From: Candidatus Hydrogenedentota bacterium
Lineage (GTDB): Bacteria > Hydrogenedentota > Hydrogenedentia > Hydrogenedentales > SLHB01
DNA length: 64,000 nt
NCBI GenBank assembly: GCA_963745075.1
Contig: CAVUWV010000008.1
Coordinates: forward strand, 497,837 to 561,836
Direction: 5' to 3'
A program made the position numbers and the translations under genes. Within the stretch, counting starts at the first letter, position 1; each line of letters begins with the position of its first letter. Below, piece after piece: positions 10,527 to 19,387 of the stretch. The notes under the pieces were generated by a model that was not told where the DNA came from, ran no database searches, and was given only the letters and a program-made list of their open reading frames with translations.

Positions 10527-12005
10527 TCACCCGGCACTCACCGCGGCGGGCATGCCCAACTCGAAACCGCGATTCCGCTCGTAGGTGTACGCGACCCGCA
10601 GCAGCGTTTCTTCATCAAAGGGCTTTGTCATAATTTGGAGTCCCGCGGGAAGGCCGGACGAGGTCAAGCCGCAAGGCAGACTCAATCCCGGGATCCCCGC
10701 GAGATTGACGGAGATCGTGTAGATATCGCTCAAATACATTTCCAAGGGATCGGCGGTCTTCTCGCCAATCTTGAACGCCGGTGTCGGCGCGGTAGGCGTC
10801 AGGATCGCATCGCACTGTTCGAAGGCTTCCAGAAAGTCGCGGGTGATCAGCGAACGCACCTTCTGGGCCTTGAGGTAATAGGCGTCGTAATAGCCGCTGG
10901 ACAGCACGTAGGTGCCCAGCATGATCCGGCGGCGCACTTCCGGACCGTACCCCTCGGACTTGGTCTTCCGGTACAGCTCGTCGACGTTGCTCACGCCGCG
11001 GGCGCGGTAGCCGTAGCGGACGCCGTCGAATCGCGCCAGATTGGCGCTGGCCTCGGCCGTGCAAATGATGTAATACGTGGCCACCGCGTAATCGGTGTGC
11101 GGAAGGGAAACCTCGACAATCTCCGCGCCCTGGCCTTCGAGCACCTCGATGGCCGATTCGATCTTCCCCCGGATTTCGCCGCCGAGAGCATCGGTAAAGT
11201 ATTCCTTCGGCAGGCCGAGCTTCATCCCCGAAACATCGGACTTCAGGGCCTGGGTGAAGTCCGGTACCGGGATATCGGCCGAGGTCGAGTCGCGCAGGTC
11301 ATGGCCGAAGATCGCGTTCATCATCAGCGCGCAGTCTTCCACGTCTTTTGTGAATGGCCCGATTTGATCGAGAGACGAGGCGAAGGCCACCAGCCCGTAC
11401 CGCGACACGCGCCCGTACGTGGGCTTGAGCCCGACACAGCCGCAACAGGACGCAGGCTGACGAATCGAACCGCCGGTGTCGCTGCCCAGGGTCGCGGCGC
11501 ATTCGTGACCGGCCACCGCCGCCGCGGAGCCGCCGCTCGAACCGCCGGGAACGCAATCGAGGTTCCACGGGTTGCGCGTGGTCTGGATGGACGAATTCTC
11601 CGTGGACGAACCCATGGCGAACTCGTCCATGTTGAGCTTACCCATGAAGATCGCGCCGGACGCGGCCAGCCGCTCCACCACGGTTGCATCGAAGGGGCTG
11701 CGATAGCCCTTGAGGATCTTCGAACAACAGGTGGTCGTGCCCTCTTGGGTGCAGAGCACGTCCTTCAGGCCGATGGGCACGCCAGCGAGCGGACCCGGGT
11801 CGTCACCCTGTTTGATTCGCGCATCGACGGCCTGGGCCTGAGCGCGGGCGGCGTCGTTCCATACGTCCACGAAGGCTTTCAACTTGTCGTCCACCGCTTC
11901 GATTCGTTGAAGACAACTTTCCGTGACCTCCAGCGCGGTGGTATTGCCCGAGCGAACCGCGTCGCGGATTTGGTGGGCGGTCTTCTCGTACCAGGATTCG
12001 CTCAT
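10527..12005 (-). CDS. gatA: Asp/Glu-tRNA amidotransferase subunit A
   Basis: GKLNMDEFAMGSS, PGGSSGGS, GSDTGGSIRQPA, RRIMLGTYVLS. Confidence 0.98.
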   Translation of the reverse strand: MSESWYEKTAHQIRDAVRSGNTTALEVTESCLQRIEAVDDKLKAFVDVWNDAARAQAQAVDARIKQGDDPGPLAGVPIGLKDVLCTQEGTTTCCSKILKGYRSPFDATVVERLAASGAIFMGKLNMDEFAMGSSTENSSIQTTRNPWNLDCVPGGSSGGSAAAVAGHECAATLGSDTGGSIRQPASCCGCVGLKPTYGRVSRYGLVAFASSLDQIGPFTKDVEDCALMMNAIFGHDLRDSTSADIPVPDFTQALKSDVSGMKLGLPKEYFTDALGGEIRGKIESAIEVLEGQGAEIVEVSLPHTDYAVATYYIICTAEASANLARFDGVRYGYRARGVSNVDELYRKTKSEGYGPEVRRRIMLGTYVLSSGYYDAYYLKAQKVRSLITRDFLEAFEQCDAILTPTAPTPAFKIGEKTADPLEMYLSDIYTISVNLAGIPGLSLPCGLTSSGLPAGLQIMTKPFDEETLLRVAYTYERNRGFELGMPAAVSAG

Positions 12006-12008
12006 CGT

Positions 12009-12305
12009 TTACTCCGTATCCAGGATGCGCGGCACGAGGAAATACTCGCCGTCCGTCTTCGGGGCGTTCATCAAGGCCGATTCGCGCGGCAGGGATGGCC
12101 ATACCACATCCTCGCGGAACACGTTGCTCATCTCCTGGACGTGCATCATGGGCTCGATACCCGTGGTGTCGAGTTCGTTCAGCTTGTCCATGTAGCCCAG
12201 GATTTCGCCCATTTCCGCCACGAGCCGTTCTTTTGTGGACTCGTCGAGGGTCAGCTGGGCCAGCCCGGCCACGTACTCAACGTCGGCTTTGGTAATGTTC
12301 GCCAT
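12009..12305 (-). CDS. gatC: Asp/Glu-tRNA amidotransferase subunit C
   Basis: MANITKADVEYVAGLAQL..FRED..NAP..YFLVPRI; lies directly upstream of gatA. Confidence 0.95.
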   Translation of the reverse strand: MANITKADVEYVAGLAQLTLDESTKERLVAEMGEILGYMDKLNELDTTGIEPMMHVQEMSNVFREDVVWPSLPRESALMNAPKTDGEYFLVPRILDTE

Positions 12306-12572
12306 CGTGTTACTTTCCAGCGTTGGCGCGGGTCTGGCACGGCCGGATCGGGGGAGTACACGCCGAAAGGGCGTCCGGTGGGTGCAGAGCACCCGCGCAT
12401 TGCGTTAAACAGAGGGCATATGCTAGCACACGGGCGCGGCACGAGTCCAAAATCGCGGCGCGTTGCGGCCGCCCTTGGCGGTATGGAGATCCCTGCATTT
12501 GAACGGGTTCCGCCGGTCGCGCATGATCGACACAACGGGTGAATCAGCCTCGTTCATTACTCGGAGGTTTCG

Positions 12573-13328
12573 TTGGAACAGACGCTGAGGGAACACGGCA
12601 TGACTGCCATCGTACGGGGTTCCGATCCGGCTATTCGGGCCGCCCTGCTCGAGCGGGACGGGTGCGAGCCGCTGGCGAGCCATGGACGCGGTCACGTGTT
12701 CCGATTTCAGCTTGCCGACGGCGCTGCCATCCTGCGTCCGTACCGGCGCGGTGGGGTGATTCGGCTGTTTGTGAAGGAGGCGTATCTGTTCGTGAACCGG
12801 CCCCGGCGCGAATGGGACGTTCATGTCGATCTCTACGACGAAGGTTTTCCCGTGCCCGAACCGCTTGGGGTGGTTTGGGAGCGGCGGGGATTCGTCTATC
12901 GCGGGGCCTTTGCGACGCGGTGGATGGACGGCACCGACATCCTGGCCGCGACACGGGAGCGTCCCGACGACGCGCCCGCCCTGCTGACGCGGGTTGGCGA
13001 GTCGATTCGACGCATGCACGATCTGGGCGTGTATCACGCGGACCTTCAGGTCAGGAACATTTTGATTCGCAGCGGAGACGACGAACCGGTGTTCATCGAT
13101 TTCGACAATGCCCGCCGCCTACCGCACGTCTCGGGAGTGGCCCGCGCGCGAAACCTGCTGCGCCTGCGCCGGTCCTGCGCCAAGAACGGTATCGGCCTGG
13201 ACGCCTTTGCCGCGATTCAGCAGGGCTATGGCATGACGACTTTCCCGTGGTGGCTGGACCGGGCATACCGGGTCAAGGGGACCTTGTCCGATGCGGCCGC
13301 CGGACGTGAGCGAATGCATGCCGGATAA
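12573..13328 (+). CDS. Kdo kinase/LPS kinase (KdkA/WaaP-like)
   Basis: GRG, RPYRRGG, HADLQVRNIL, FIDFD, NLLRLRRS. Confidence 0.8.
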   Translation: MEQTLREHGMTAIVRGSDPAIRAALLERDGCEPLASHGRGHVFRFQLADGAAILRPYRRGGVIRLFVKEAYLFVNRPRREWDVHVDLYDEGFPVPEPLGVVWERRGFVYRGAFATRWMDGTDILAATRERPDDAPALLTRVGESIRRMHDLGVYHADLQVRNILIRSGDDEPVFIDFDNARRLPHVSGVARARNLLRLRRSCAKNGIGLDAFAAIQQGYGMTTFPWWLDRAYRVKGTLSDAAAGRERMHAG

Positions 13329-14130
13329 CGACGACATCATCGTGGAACGCCACGACGATCTCCGCGTTCAGCGTCGGCCGGACGTAGCGCTGGATACCGT
13401 CCTCGAAGTGATGCGCAAACCCGGGGAGATTTTGAAATCATCCCACAAAGCCGAAACCCTCCGGGTGGGCGGCTGGGTCGTGAAGCGGAGCCGGAACGAA
13501 GGCGGCGTCGGCGTGGTGAAACACACCTTCCAGCGCGCGCGGTACCGGCAGGGGTGGGAAGCGGCATTGCATCTGGAAAAGCGCGGCGTCCCGGTGGCGC
13601 GGGCCCACGCGTACGTGGAACGGGTGCGGTTCGGGTTCATTTTGTGCAACGTGCTCTGCACGGACTACCTGGACAATTGCGTCGACGTGGAGACCTTTGC
13701 GGACGGAATGATTCGCGAGGGGGTCGACGACGTGACAGTCGAGGGCTATCTGGAACGCATCGCGGAAGCGGTGAACCTGTTGTGTGCGAGCGGCGCGTAT
13801 CACAACGACCTCGCCGGGAAGAACATCCTCACGCCGGACGGCGAGCGATTCTACTTCATCGATCTCGACGGCATCGTGTTGAACCGGCCCTACACCGACG
13901 ACCTCCGGCTGAAAAACTATGTGCAACTCTATGACTCCTTCATCGACCGCTGGGACGACGGACTATTGGTACCGTTCGTTCGTCATATGCTGCCCGAGCC
14001 GGGAAACGTGGACGCGTGGATGGACCGGGTCCGCCCCGCACAGGTCAAGCGGCGAGCCCGCACGGAGGCCATCTGGGCACGGGAGGAAAGAGAAAAATGG
14101 GAAAAATGGTGGGAAAAATGGGGACAGTAA
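13318..14130 (+). CDS. LPS kinase (WaaP/InaA family); C-terminus supplied by a repeat element
   Basis: HNDLAGKNIL, FIDLDG, NYVQL; start overlaps the previous gene. Confidence 0.75.
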   Translation: MPDNDDIIVERHDDLRVQRRPDVALDTVLEVMRKPGEILKSSHKAETLRVGGWVVKRSRNEGGVGVVKHTFQRARYRQGWEAALHLEKRGVPVARAHAYVERVRFGFILCNVLCTDYLDNCVDVETFADGMIREGVDDVTVEGYLERIAEAVNLLCASGAYHNDLAGKNILTPDGERFYFIDLDGIVLNRPYTDDLRLKNYVQLYDSFIDRWDDGLLVPFVRHMLPEPGNVDAWMDRVRPAQVKRRARTEAIWAREEREKWEKWWEKWGQ

Positions 14131-14229
14131 CCATTTATTCCGTCATGACTATTCGTTGTAACTCGACTGAACAGAATAAAATAAATGGTTACTGTCCCCA
14201 TTTTTCCCATCCATTTTTCCCATTTTTCC
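14092..14229. repeat. MITE/REP-like inverted-repeat element
   Basis: Left arm 14092-14139 (GAAAAATGG x2..GGGAAAAATGGGGACAGTAACCATTTATT) matches the reverse complement of 14180-14228 with one indel; 40-nt spacer. Confidence 0.9.
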
Positions 14230-14239
14230 GGGTAATGCG

Positions 14240-14827
14240 ATGAATGGTCGAGACCTTGCCACTTCGGGGATCATCTACGTTTGCGCGTTACTTCTGCTCC
14301 AACTGTGGTTGATCGGACCACGACAGGATCGCATTCGGAAGTCCTTCGCGAATGCGCTGCGCATACCGCTGCGGCTTGCGGCGCCTGTGTCGTTGCTGCA
14401 CGCCGCCATCGCCGTGTTCGGTGTTCCGGTGTGGAAAGGCTACGCAGCCTACGGCGCGCTGGACGTACTGCTCACGGTGTTCGTCGGGTTTCCCGTCCCG
14501 CTGACGTCAGCCGTGCTGCAGTGGGTGCTCGGCTGGCCGAGCTTCGACGAATGGCAGCCGGAACGCCGTTCGATCTTCACCCCCGAAAAAGAACCGTTGC
14601 CCGAACCGGCGGCGGCGCCTCCCGAATCGCAGCAGGAACCACCGCGCGAAAGTACATTGGTGGGACGCACCGGCGTTGCCGTGACCCCGCTCGCACCTGC
14701 GGGAAAAGTGCGCGTGGATGGCCAAACGTACGCGGCCCATTCGGACGGACAGTTCATCGACCGGGACATGCCCGTCCGGGTCGTCGGCGAAGACGGTTTC
14801 GGCGCGCTGGCCGTGGAGCCGGAGTGA
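14240..14827 (+). CDS. Membrane protein with NfeD-like C-terminal OB domain
   Basis: N-terminal TM helices; LVGRTGVAVTPLAPAGKVRVDGQTYAAHSDG. Confidence 0.75.
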   Translation: MNGRDLATSGIIYVCALLLLQLWLIGPRQDRIRKSFANALRIPLRLAAPVSLLHAAIAVFGVPVWKGYAAYGALDVLLTVFVGFPVPLTSAVLQWVLGWPSFDEWQPERRSIFTPEKEPLPEPAAAPPESQQEPPRESTLVGRTGVAVTPLAPAGKVRVDGQTYAAHSDGQFIDRDMPVRVVGEDGFGALAVEPE

Positions 14828-14895
14828 CGTTGGGATCGCCCAGTAAGAGATATCGCTGAGAGTTAGTGCTATTCCAAACTATCCCGATCGGTCGA

Positions 14896-16716
14896 TCAGT
14901 TCCCCTTCTTCCACTTCTTGATGAATTCCTTTCGCTCGCCGGGGGCGGACTGGAAGAGCGGGCCCTTGTCGCTGAGGCTTTGGCGGATACCGGTCAGTTC
15001 GTTGAGCGTGTACGCGAGGCGAAGCATGACGTAAGGCTCTTTTTCGTCATCAAACAGTTTGGCAAGCTTCTTGAAGTCTTTGTCCGTGACGACGGTGGTC
15101 AAGGCGTAGGAAGCGCGGTCGCGCACAGAGGCCGGGGCGTCCGATTCGAGAATGTCCAGCGTCGTGTCGTGAGTCAGCTCCGCCGGCGCGTGGAACTGGA
15201 GGGCGCCGATCAGTTTGACGCGCGTTTCGTCGTCTTGGCTCTTGTCCCGCGCCTGTTCGGCGACCTTATCCGCGAGGTCTTCCGGCATGGCGACTTCGAG
15301 CGCGCGGGCCACGTAGCGGCGCACGGCCAAATCGTCGTCGGTCAAGTAAGGCAGAAGATCCGCAGCCACGTCGCCATTGCCAATCAGGCTCAGCGCCTGG
15401 GCCGCTGCTTGCCGTACGGCGGCATCCTTTCCCGCGAGATACGGGACGAGCGCGGGCGCGGCCGGATCGTAGATCATCGCCGCCAGCTCCTCCATGCCCG
15501 CGATGAGATCGGCGCCCTGCTTGTTGGGCAGCGCCGCGAGCGCGGCCTGGGGGATGGCTTCGTCCTGCCAGCGGATGACGTGGTCGAACAGCACGAACTC
15601 CTTCTTCTCGGGTGACCAGCAGAACGTACGCACGTTGATGCGGTCGAGCTTACATTCGACGAGCGTGTAGGTTGGTTTCGACAGCGGCACGTGATAGTCG
15701 GAAACTGCCGTCCACCAGTCGGGATAGTTGCCGCCGATGTCACCGCCGTTGACGACGTACAGCACGCCATCGCGATCGTCGCGCTTGTTGTCGCGCAGAG
15801 GATAGGCGCGTTCGTAGATGTGCGTATGGCCCGCCAGGTCCACGTCTACGTCGTGTTTGTCAAAAACCTCGCGCAAATTCGCCATGTCGTCGCTGGGTTC
15901 TTTGCGGCTGTTTTCGGGCCCTTCATAGCCCGTGCAATAGATGGGGAAATGCTGCATGACGCACACGTAGGGCGAATCTACCTTGTCGAGGTGGGTATCG
16001 AGCCACTGGACTGCGTCCGCTTGCTGGGTGCCCAAAGTTTGTTCAAATGACAGGAGCACGATGTGGGTATTGCCCCAGTCAAAGAACCCGTAGGGTTCGC
16101 CGCCGGGCACTTCGTGATACTTGCCGAACCAGTCGTTTTCCACGTCGTTGAGCATGGACCCTTCGTGATTGCCGCGCGCCGTGGCCACCATGTACTTGCC
16201 GTTCAACCGCGCGAAGCGCCGGAAATGTTCGGGCCACAAGTCGTACTCGTGGCCGCGGCCGACCAGGTCGCCGTTAATAATGAAGAACTCGGGATGCCAT
16301 TGCAGGACGTGATCCCACATGTGGGTCTCTTCGACCATGTCGTCCCAGCGGCGCGTATCGCCGAACGCCACGAAGGTGATTTCACGGTTGGGGTCCTTCG
16401 GAGGAGCGGTCTTGAACGTGTTGGTGTAAACCGTGTCTCCTGCGTGGACCCGGTAGGAATAGGACGTGTCGGGTTGGAGGCCCGTAATGCGGACGCGCCG
16501 AATCATCTCCTCTTCGGGGTTGGTTGCTTTCTGGTCGTACGATCCTTCCGGTCCGTACTCGACAACCGCCGGGCCCTCCTCTTCGGTTTGATAGATGATC
16601 GTGACGCCGTCCGGTGTGACGTCTTGAAGATGGGGCGCCACGTAGAAACTGTCGGCCCACACAAACGGCGCGAGCGCGAGCGCGACGACAATACACGCGG
16701 ATTTGATTGTGCGCAT
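14896..16716 (-). CDS. Secreted purple-acid-phosphatase-type metallophosphoesterase (FN3-like N-terminus) with C-terminal HEAT repeats
   Basis: Signal peptide; GD, GDLV, GNHE, H, GHTH motifs; VRQAAAQAL and VRRYVARAL repeats. Confidence 0.8.
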   Translation of the reverse strand: MRTIKSACIVVALALAPFVWADSFYVAPHLQDVTPDGVTIIYQTEEEGPAVVEYGPEGSYDQKATNPEEEMIRRVRITGLQPDTSYSYRVHAGDTVYTNTFKTAPPKDPNREITFVAFGDTRRWDDMVEETHMWDHVLQWHPEFFIINGDLVGRGHEYDLWPEHFRRFARLNGKYMVATARGNHEGSMLNDVENDWFGKYHEVPGGEPYGFFDWGNTHIVLLSFEQTLGTQQADAVQWLDTHLDKVDSPYVCVMQHFPIYCTGYEGPENSRKEPSDDMANLREVFDKHDVDVDLAGHTHIYERAYPLRDNKRDDRDGVLYVVNGGDIGGNYPDWWTAVSDYHVPLSKPTYTLVECKLDRINVRTFCWSPEKKEFVLFDHVIRWQDEAIPQAALAALPNKQGADLIAGMEELAAMIYDPAAPALVPYLAGKDAAVRQAAAQALSLIGNGDVAADLLPYLTDDDLAVRRYVARALEVAMPEDLADKVAEQARDKSQDDETRVKLIGALQFHAPAELTHDTTLDILESDAPASVRDRASYALTTVVTDKDFKKLAKLFDDEKEPYVMLRLAYTLNELTGIRQSLSDKGPLFQSAPGERKEFIKKWKKGN

Positions 16717-16787
16717 GATTCGATTCCTTTCACTGAATTTGCAGTAGAAACGTGAGGCAACGGTAAGCGGCGAACGTTACAGTACGA

Positions 16788-17387
16788 TTAGAGTGCCCGT
16801 TCGGCCGTCCCCGTCAGCCACCATTGACGGACCCGCCGTTGTTTCGGACGCCGCACCAGACCGGCGTCGTCCATGCCTTCGTAGAACGATTCAGCGGTGA
16901 AAATACCAGATTCCGGGTGGATGAGGAAAATCCGGGTCAAGGGATGGCCGACAAAATCGCGCAGGAACTCCTCGTACGCGAACAAGCCGCCTGGTTTCAG
17001 CACCCGGGCCACCTCGCGCAGCGTTTGCCGCCAGTCGTGCATGTGATGGAGGATAGCGAACTCGACCACAGCGTCGAACTGGTTGTCGGGGAACGGGAGA
17101 CGTTCGCCGTCGGCAAGGAAGAGCGTGAATTCGTTGGAGTGGCGCCGACGCAGCCGTTTCCGCGCCCGGCGAACCTGGTCCGGGTCGTAATCGAAGGCGA
17201 ACACCCGTTCTGCGCCGGACGCGTGTAACAGCGATTCCGTCCCCGCTCCCTGTCCGCACCCGATCTCGAGGACGCGTCTGCCGCGCAGATCGCCAATGTT
17301 GCGAAACAGGCGATGGGTCAACACCTGCAACATCCCGGAGCGGATTGGGTTGTTGACCATGAGCTTTTCGAGGGTGTTCATCTTCAT
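16788..17387 (-). CDS. Class I SAM-dependent methyltransferase
   Basis: VLEIGCGQG, LPFPDNQFD, RVLKPGG. Confidence 0.9.
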   Translation of the reverse strand: MKMNTLEKLMVNNPIRSGMLQVLTHRLFRNIGDLRGRRVLEIGCGQGAGTESLLHASGAERVFAFDYDPDQVRRARKRLRRRHSNEFTLFLADGERLPFPDNQFDAVVEFAILHHMHDWRQTLREVARVLKPGGLFAYEEFLRDFVGHPLTRIFLIHPESGIFTAESFYEGMDDAGLVRRPKQRRVRQWWLTGTAERAL

Positions 17388-17421
17388 GATAGAGAATCAG
17401 GTCCGGCAAACTGTTACTGGG

Positions 17422-17868
17422 TCACGGAAGGTGTTCGAGGTCGTCCAGATCTTTGAAGCGGTTGGCGGCGCGCTTGTTGGCCTTCAGGTCTTCGAGGTCA
17501 ATTATGTTGACGTCGAAACCGCGCACGTCCACGCGTTGTCGGCGTTTGTAACAGGATTCAAAGTCAACGCCGGATACACCAGTCTGGATCTCGATTCGTA
17601 GAGGGGGCACCCCCATCCGCGCAATCTTGCCTTCTTCGAGAAACAGATCGGGCGTCAAATCCGGTGTGTTCATTCCGAACCGGCGCAACGCTCTTACCAC
17701 CTTTTCCGCGTTGATAGGATTGACGGCAATCCAGACGTCTAAATCGGCGGTCGCGCGGGCGTAGCCGTAGAAGCCGACCGCATACCCGCCGATCAGGAGG
17801 TAGTCAACCTTCTCCTCTTCGAACGACTTCAAGAACTCGTTGAAATCTGGGGGGAGTGGTATAGCCAT
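17422..17868 (-). CDS. Nucleotidyltransferase (DUF6036/AbiEii-like), putative TA component
   Basis: YLLIGGYAVGFYGYARATADLD, NKRAANRFKDLDDL. Confidence 0.75.
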   Translation of the reverse strand: MAIPLPPDFNEFLKSFEEEKVDYLLIGGYAVGFYGYARATADLDVWIAVNPINAEKVVRALRRFGMNTPDLTPDLFLEEGKIARMGVPPLRIEIQTGVSGVDFESCYKRRQRVDVRGFDVNIIDLEDLKANKRAANRFKDLDDLEHLP

Positions 17869-18022
17869 AAACAATCCGCCGGTTGATTTCGACCGCTTCC
17901 AGGCGTTCCTCGGGCGTCTTCGACCACCAGTACTCTTTATCGTCGGCGTCATGCAGGTTGACCACCGAAAAGACTGTCCGGTCGACGCGCAATTCGCTTG
18001 CGTCTGTGTCGTTCGGTTCCAT
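17804..18022 (-). CDS. Small protein overlapping the nucleotidyltransferase start (72 aa)
   Basis: DDKEYWWSKTPEERLEAVEINRRIVYG; overlaps the NTase 5' end. Confidence 0.7.
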   Translation of the reverse strand: MEPNDTDASELRVDRTVFSVVNLHDADDKEYWWSKTPEERLEAVEINRRIVYGYTTPPRFQRVLEVVRRGEG

Positions 18023-18075
18023 GGAGTTACTATACCTGTGTGTGGAGCGAGAATTCGAGCAACGACGCCGGGTCC

Positions 18076-18127
18076 AAATTCGAAATCCGAAGCACGAAAT
18101 CCGAAACAAATCCCAATGTTCCAAATG
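18076..18127. repeat. 7-nt periodic repeat (CGAAATC/CGAAGCA/CGAAACA)
   Basis: CGAAATCCGAAGCACGAAATCCGAAACAAATCCCAATGTTCCAAATG. Confidence 0.7.
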
Positions 18128-18199
18128 GGGAAATGGCCAAAAACTCGGGCGGTCAGCCCATCTGATCCCAATGGCACCGGCTACGAGTCGAAGTTTTTT

Positions 18200-18302
18200 G
18201 CCCCCGACGGGGCAACGGAATTAAGCCCTAGGGTGTAGCGAGGTACGAGCGGAACCCTGGGTCAGGCGTCCATCCCCACCACAAAGCCCCCGAACGGGGG
18301 CG
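18200..18302. repeat. Three-hairpin REP-like element
   Basis: CCCCGACGGGG; CCCTAGGGT..ACCCTGGG; GCCCCCGAACGGGGGC. Confidence 0.7.
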
Positions 18303-18352
18303 CAGGAATCGTTAATCCCAGATGCACCATTCGTCGCGTTGCAGGTTCCCGG

Positions 18353-19048
18353 CTAACCGGCTGAGGACATGGTCAGCGAGTAGTTGAGAAAGACTTCGAC
18401 TTCCTTGTCGTTGACCTGGCGCACGTAGACGGGGCTTTCGAGGCCTTCCAATTTCACGTTGCGGCCGAAGGCGTCGCCCGTGGCCCCTATCGTGTCGGTT
18501 AATTGTTGTACCATCCTCTTGAGCAACTTGGACCGGTACTGCTCGGGATTCTCCACGGCGAGTTGGAGGTTGCCCAATTCGCATTCGATTTTCTCGGGCA
18601 GGACGATGGAGTCGAGGAACCGGGCCGCGTCCGCCCCCGCGGCGAAGATGTCGTCGCGGTCTTCCGATAGCGGTACGAGCACGTACAGGTCGGCGCCGGC
18701 CGCGGGTTGTGCCCACGAACCGGAGCTGATGCCGAAGCCCTTTCTCCGTTGGGTCAATTCGGCGACGCCGGTTTGGACCTTGAAGATACCGGACTCGTCG
18801 GCTTTCTGGGTGATGGTGGCGATGGCTTCCCGGGTATTCTCGTAGGACGTGGCCGTGTCCTTCTCCTGGCTCGTCACGTGAACGGGAACGGAGACGTAGT
18901 CGGCGGGAACGGTCAGGCTAATCGCAACCGTGCGGGGTTCGGGGGCGGCTACCACGATGATGGTTCCGCTGGCGGAACCGGAACTCAGGTCCGCAAACGC
19001 CGGAACGGCGAGCGCGATCATCGGAAGGACGAATGCGAGCGCTTTCAC
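18353..19048 (-). CDS. Secreted hypothetical protein
   Basis: RBS AGGAG before GTG; signal peptide ending AVPAFA. Confidence 0.75.
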   Translation of the reverse strand: MKALAFVLPMIALAVPAFADLSSGSASGTIIVVAAPEPRTVAISLTVPADYVSVPVHVTSQEKDTATSYENTREAIATITQKADESGIFKVQTGVAELTQRRKGFGISSGSWAQPAAGADLYVLVPLSEDRDDIFAAGADAARFLDSIVLPEKIECELGNLQLAVENPEQYRSKLLKRMVQQLTDTIGATGDAFGRNVKLEGLESPVYVRQVNDKEVEVFLNYSLTMSSAG

Positions 19049-19387
19049 TGTAGGTTCTCCTTCTCAAGGTGATGGTTGGGGGCGGGAATTTCCGATGTAT
19101 AGCGAATATACAATAATAGTGGAAAACGCGTTGGACCGTCGATCTATTGCATTTTGCCCCGGACGGTTCAGGGTTTTCTTTCATTTCCTCGCGGTTTCAT
19201 GGCACAATTTCCCGGAATTGTCCCAGTCATTCATAGGTTTTGGTTTGCGCATCGTGATGTTTCCATAACAGCGGGACCCGCAGCCGGCGAACGCGTCGTA
19301 TTGCGTTTCGTGGGGTTCCGTGCGCATACGCCGCAATACTTTACAAAGGGCGACGCCGCCTGCCACGAACGTAATTCAGGAGCAACC

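Noticed and set aside
10500..12542. 680-aa plus-strand ORF and similar long antisense ORFs (e.g. 19826-21412, 23139-24719, 39111-40928)
   Set aside because: Shadow frames opposite well-identified GC3-rich genes; no recognisable motifs.
19050..19387. T-box or other leader RNA before thrS, and the 78-aa N-terminal extension
   Set aside because: No T-box motif or terminator recognised; RBS CAGGAG supports the start at 19388.
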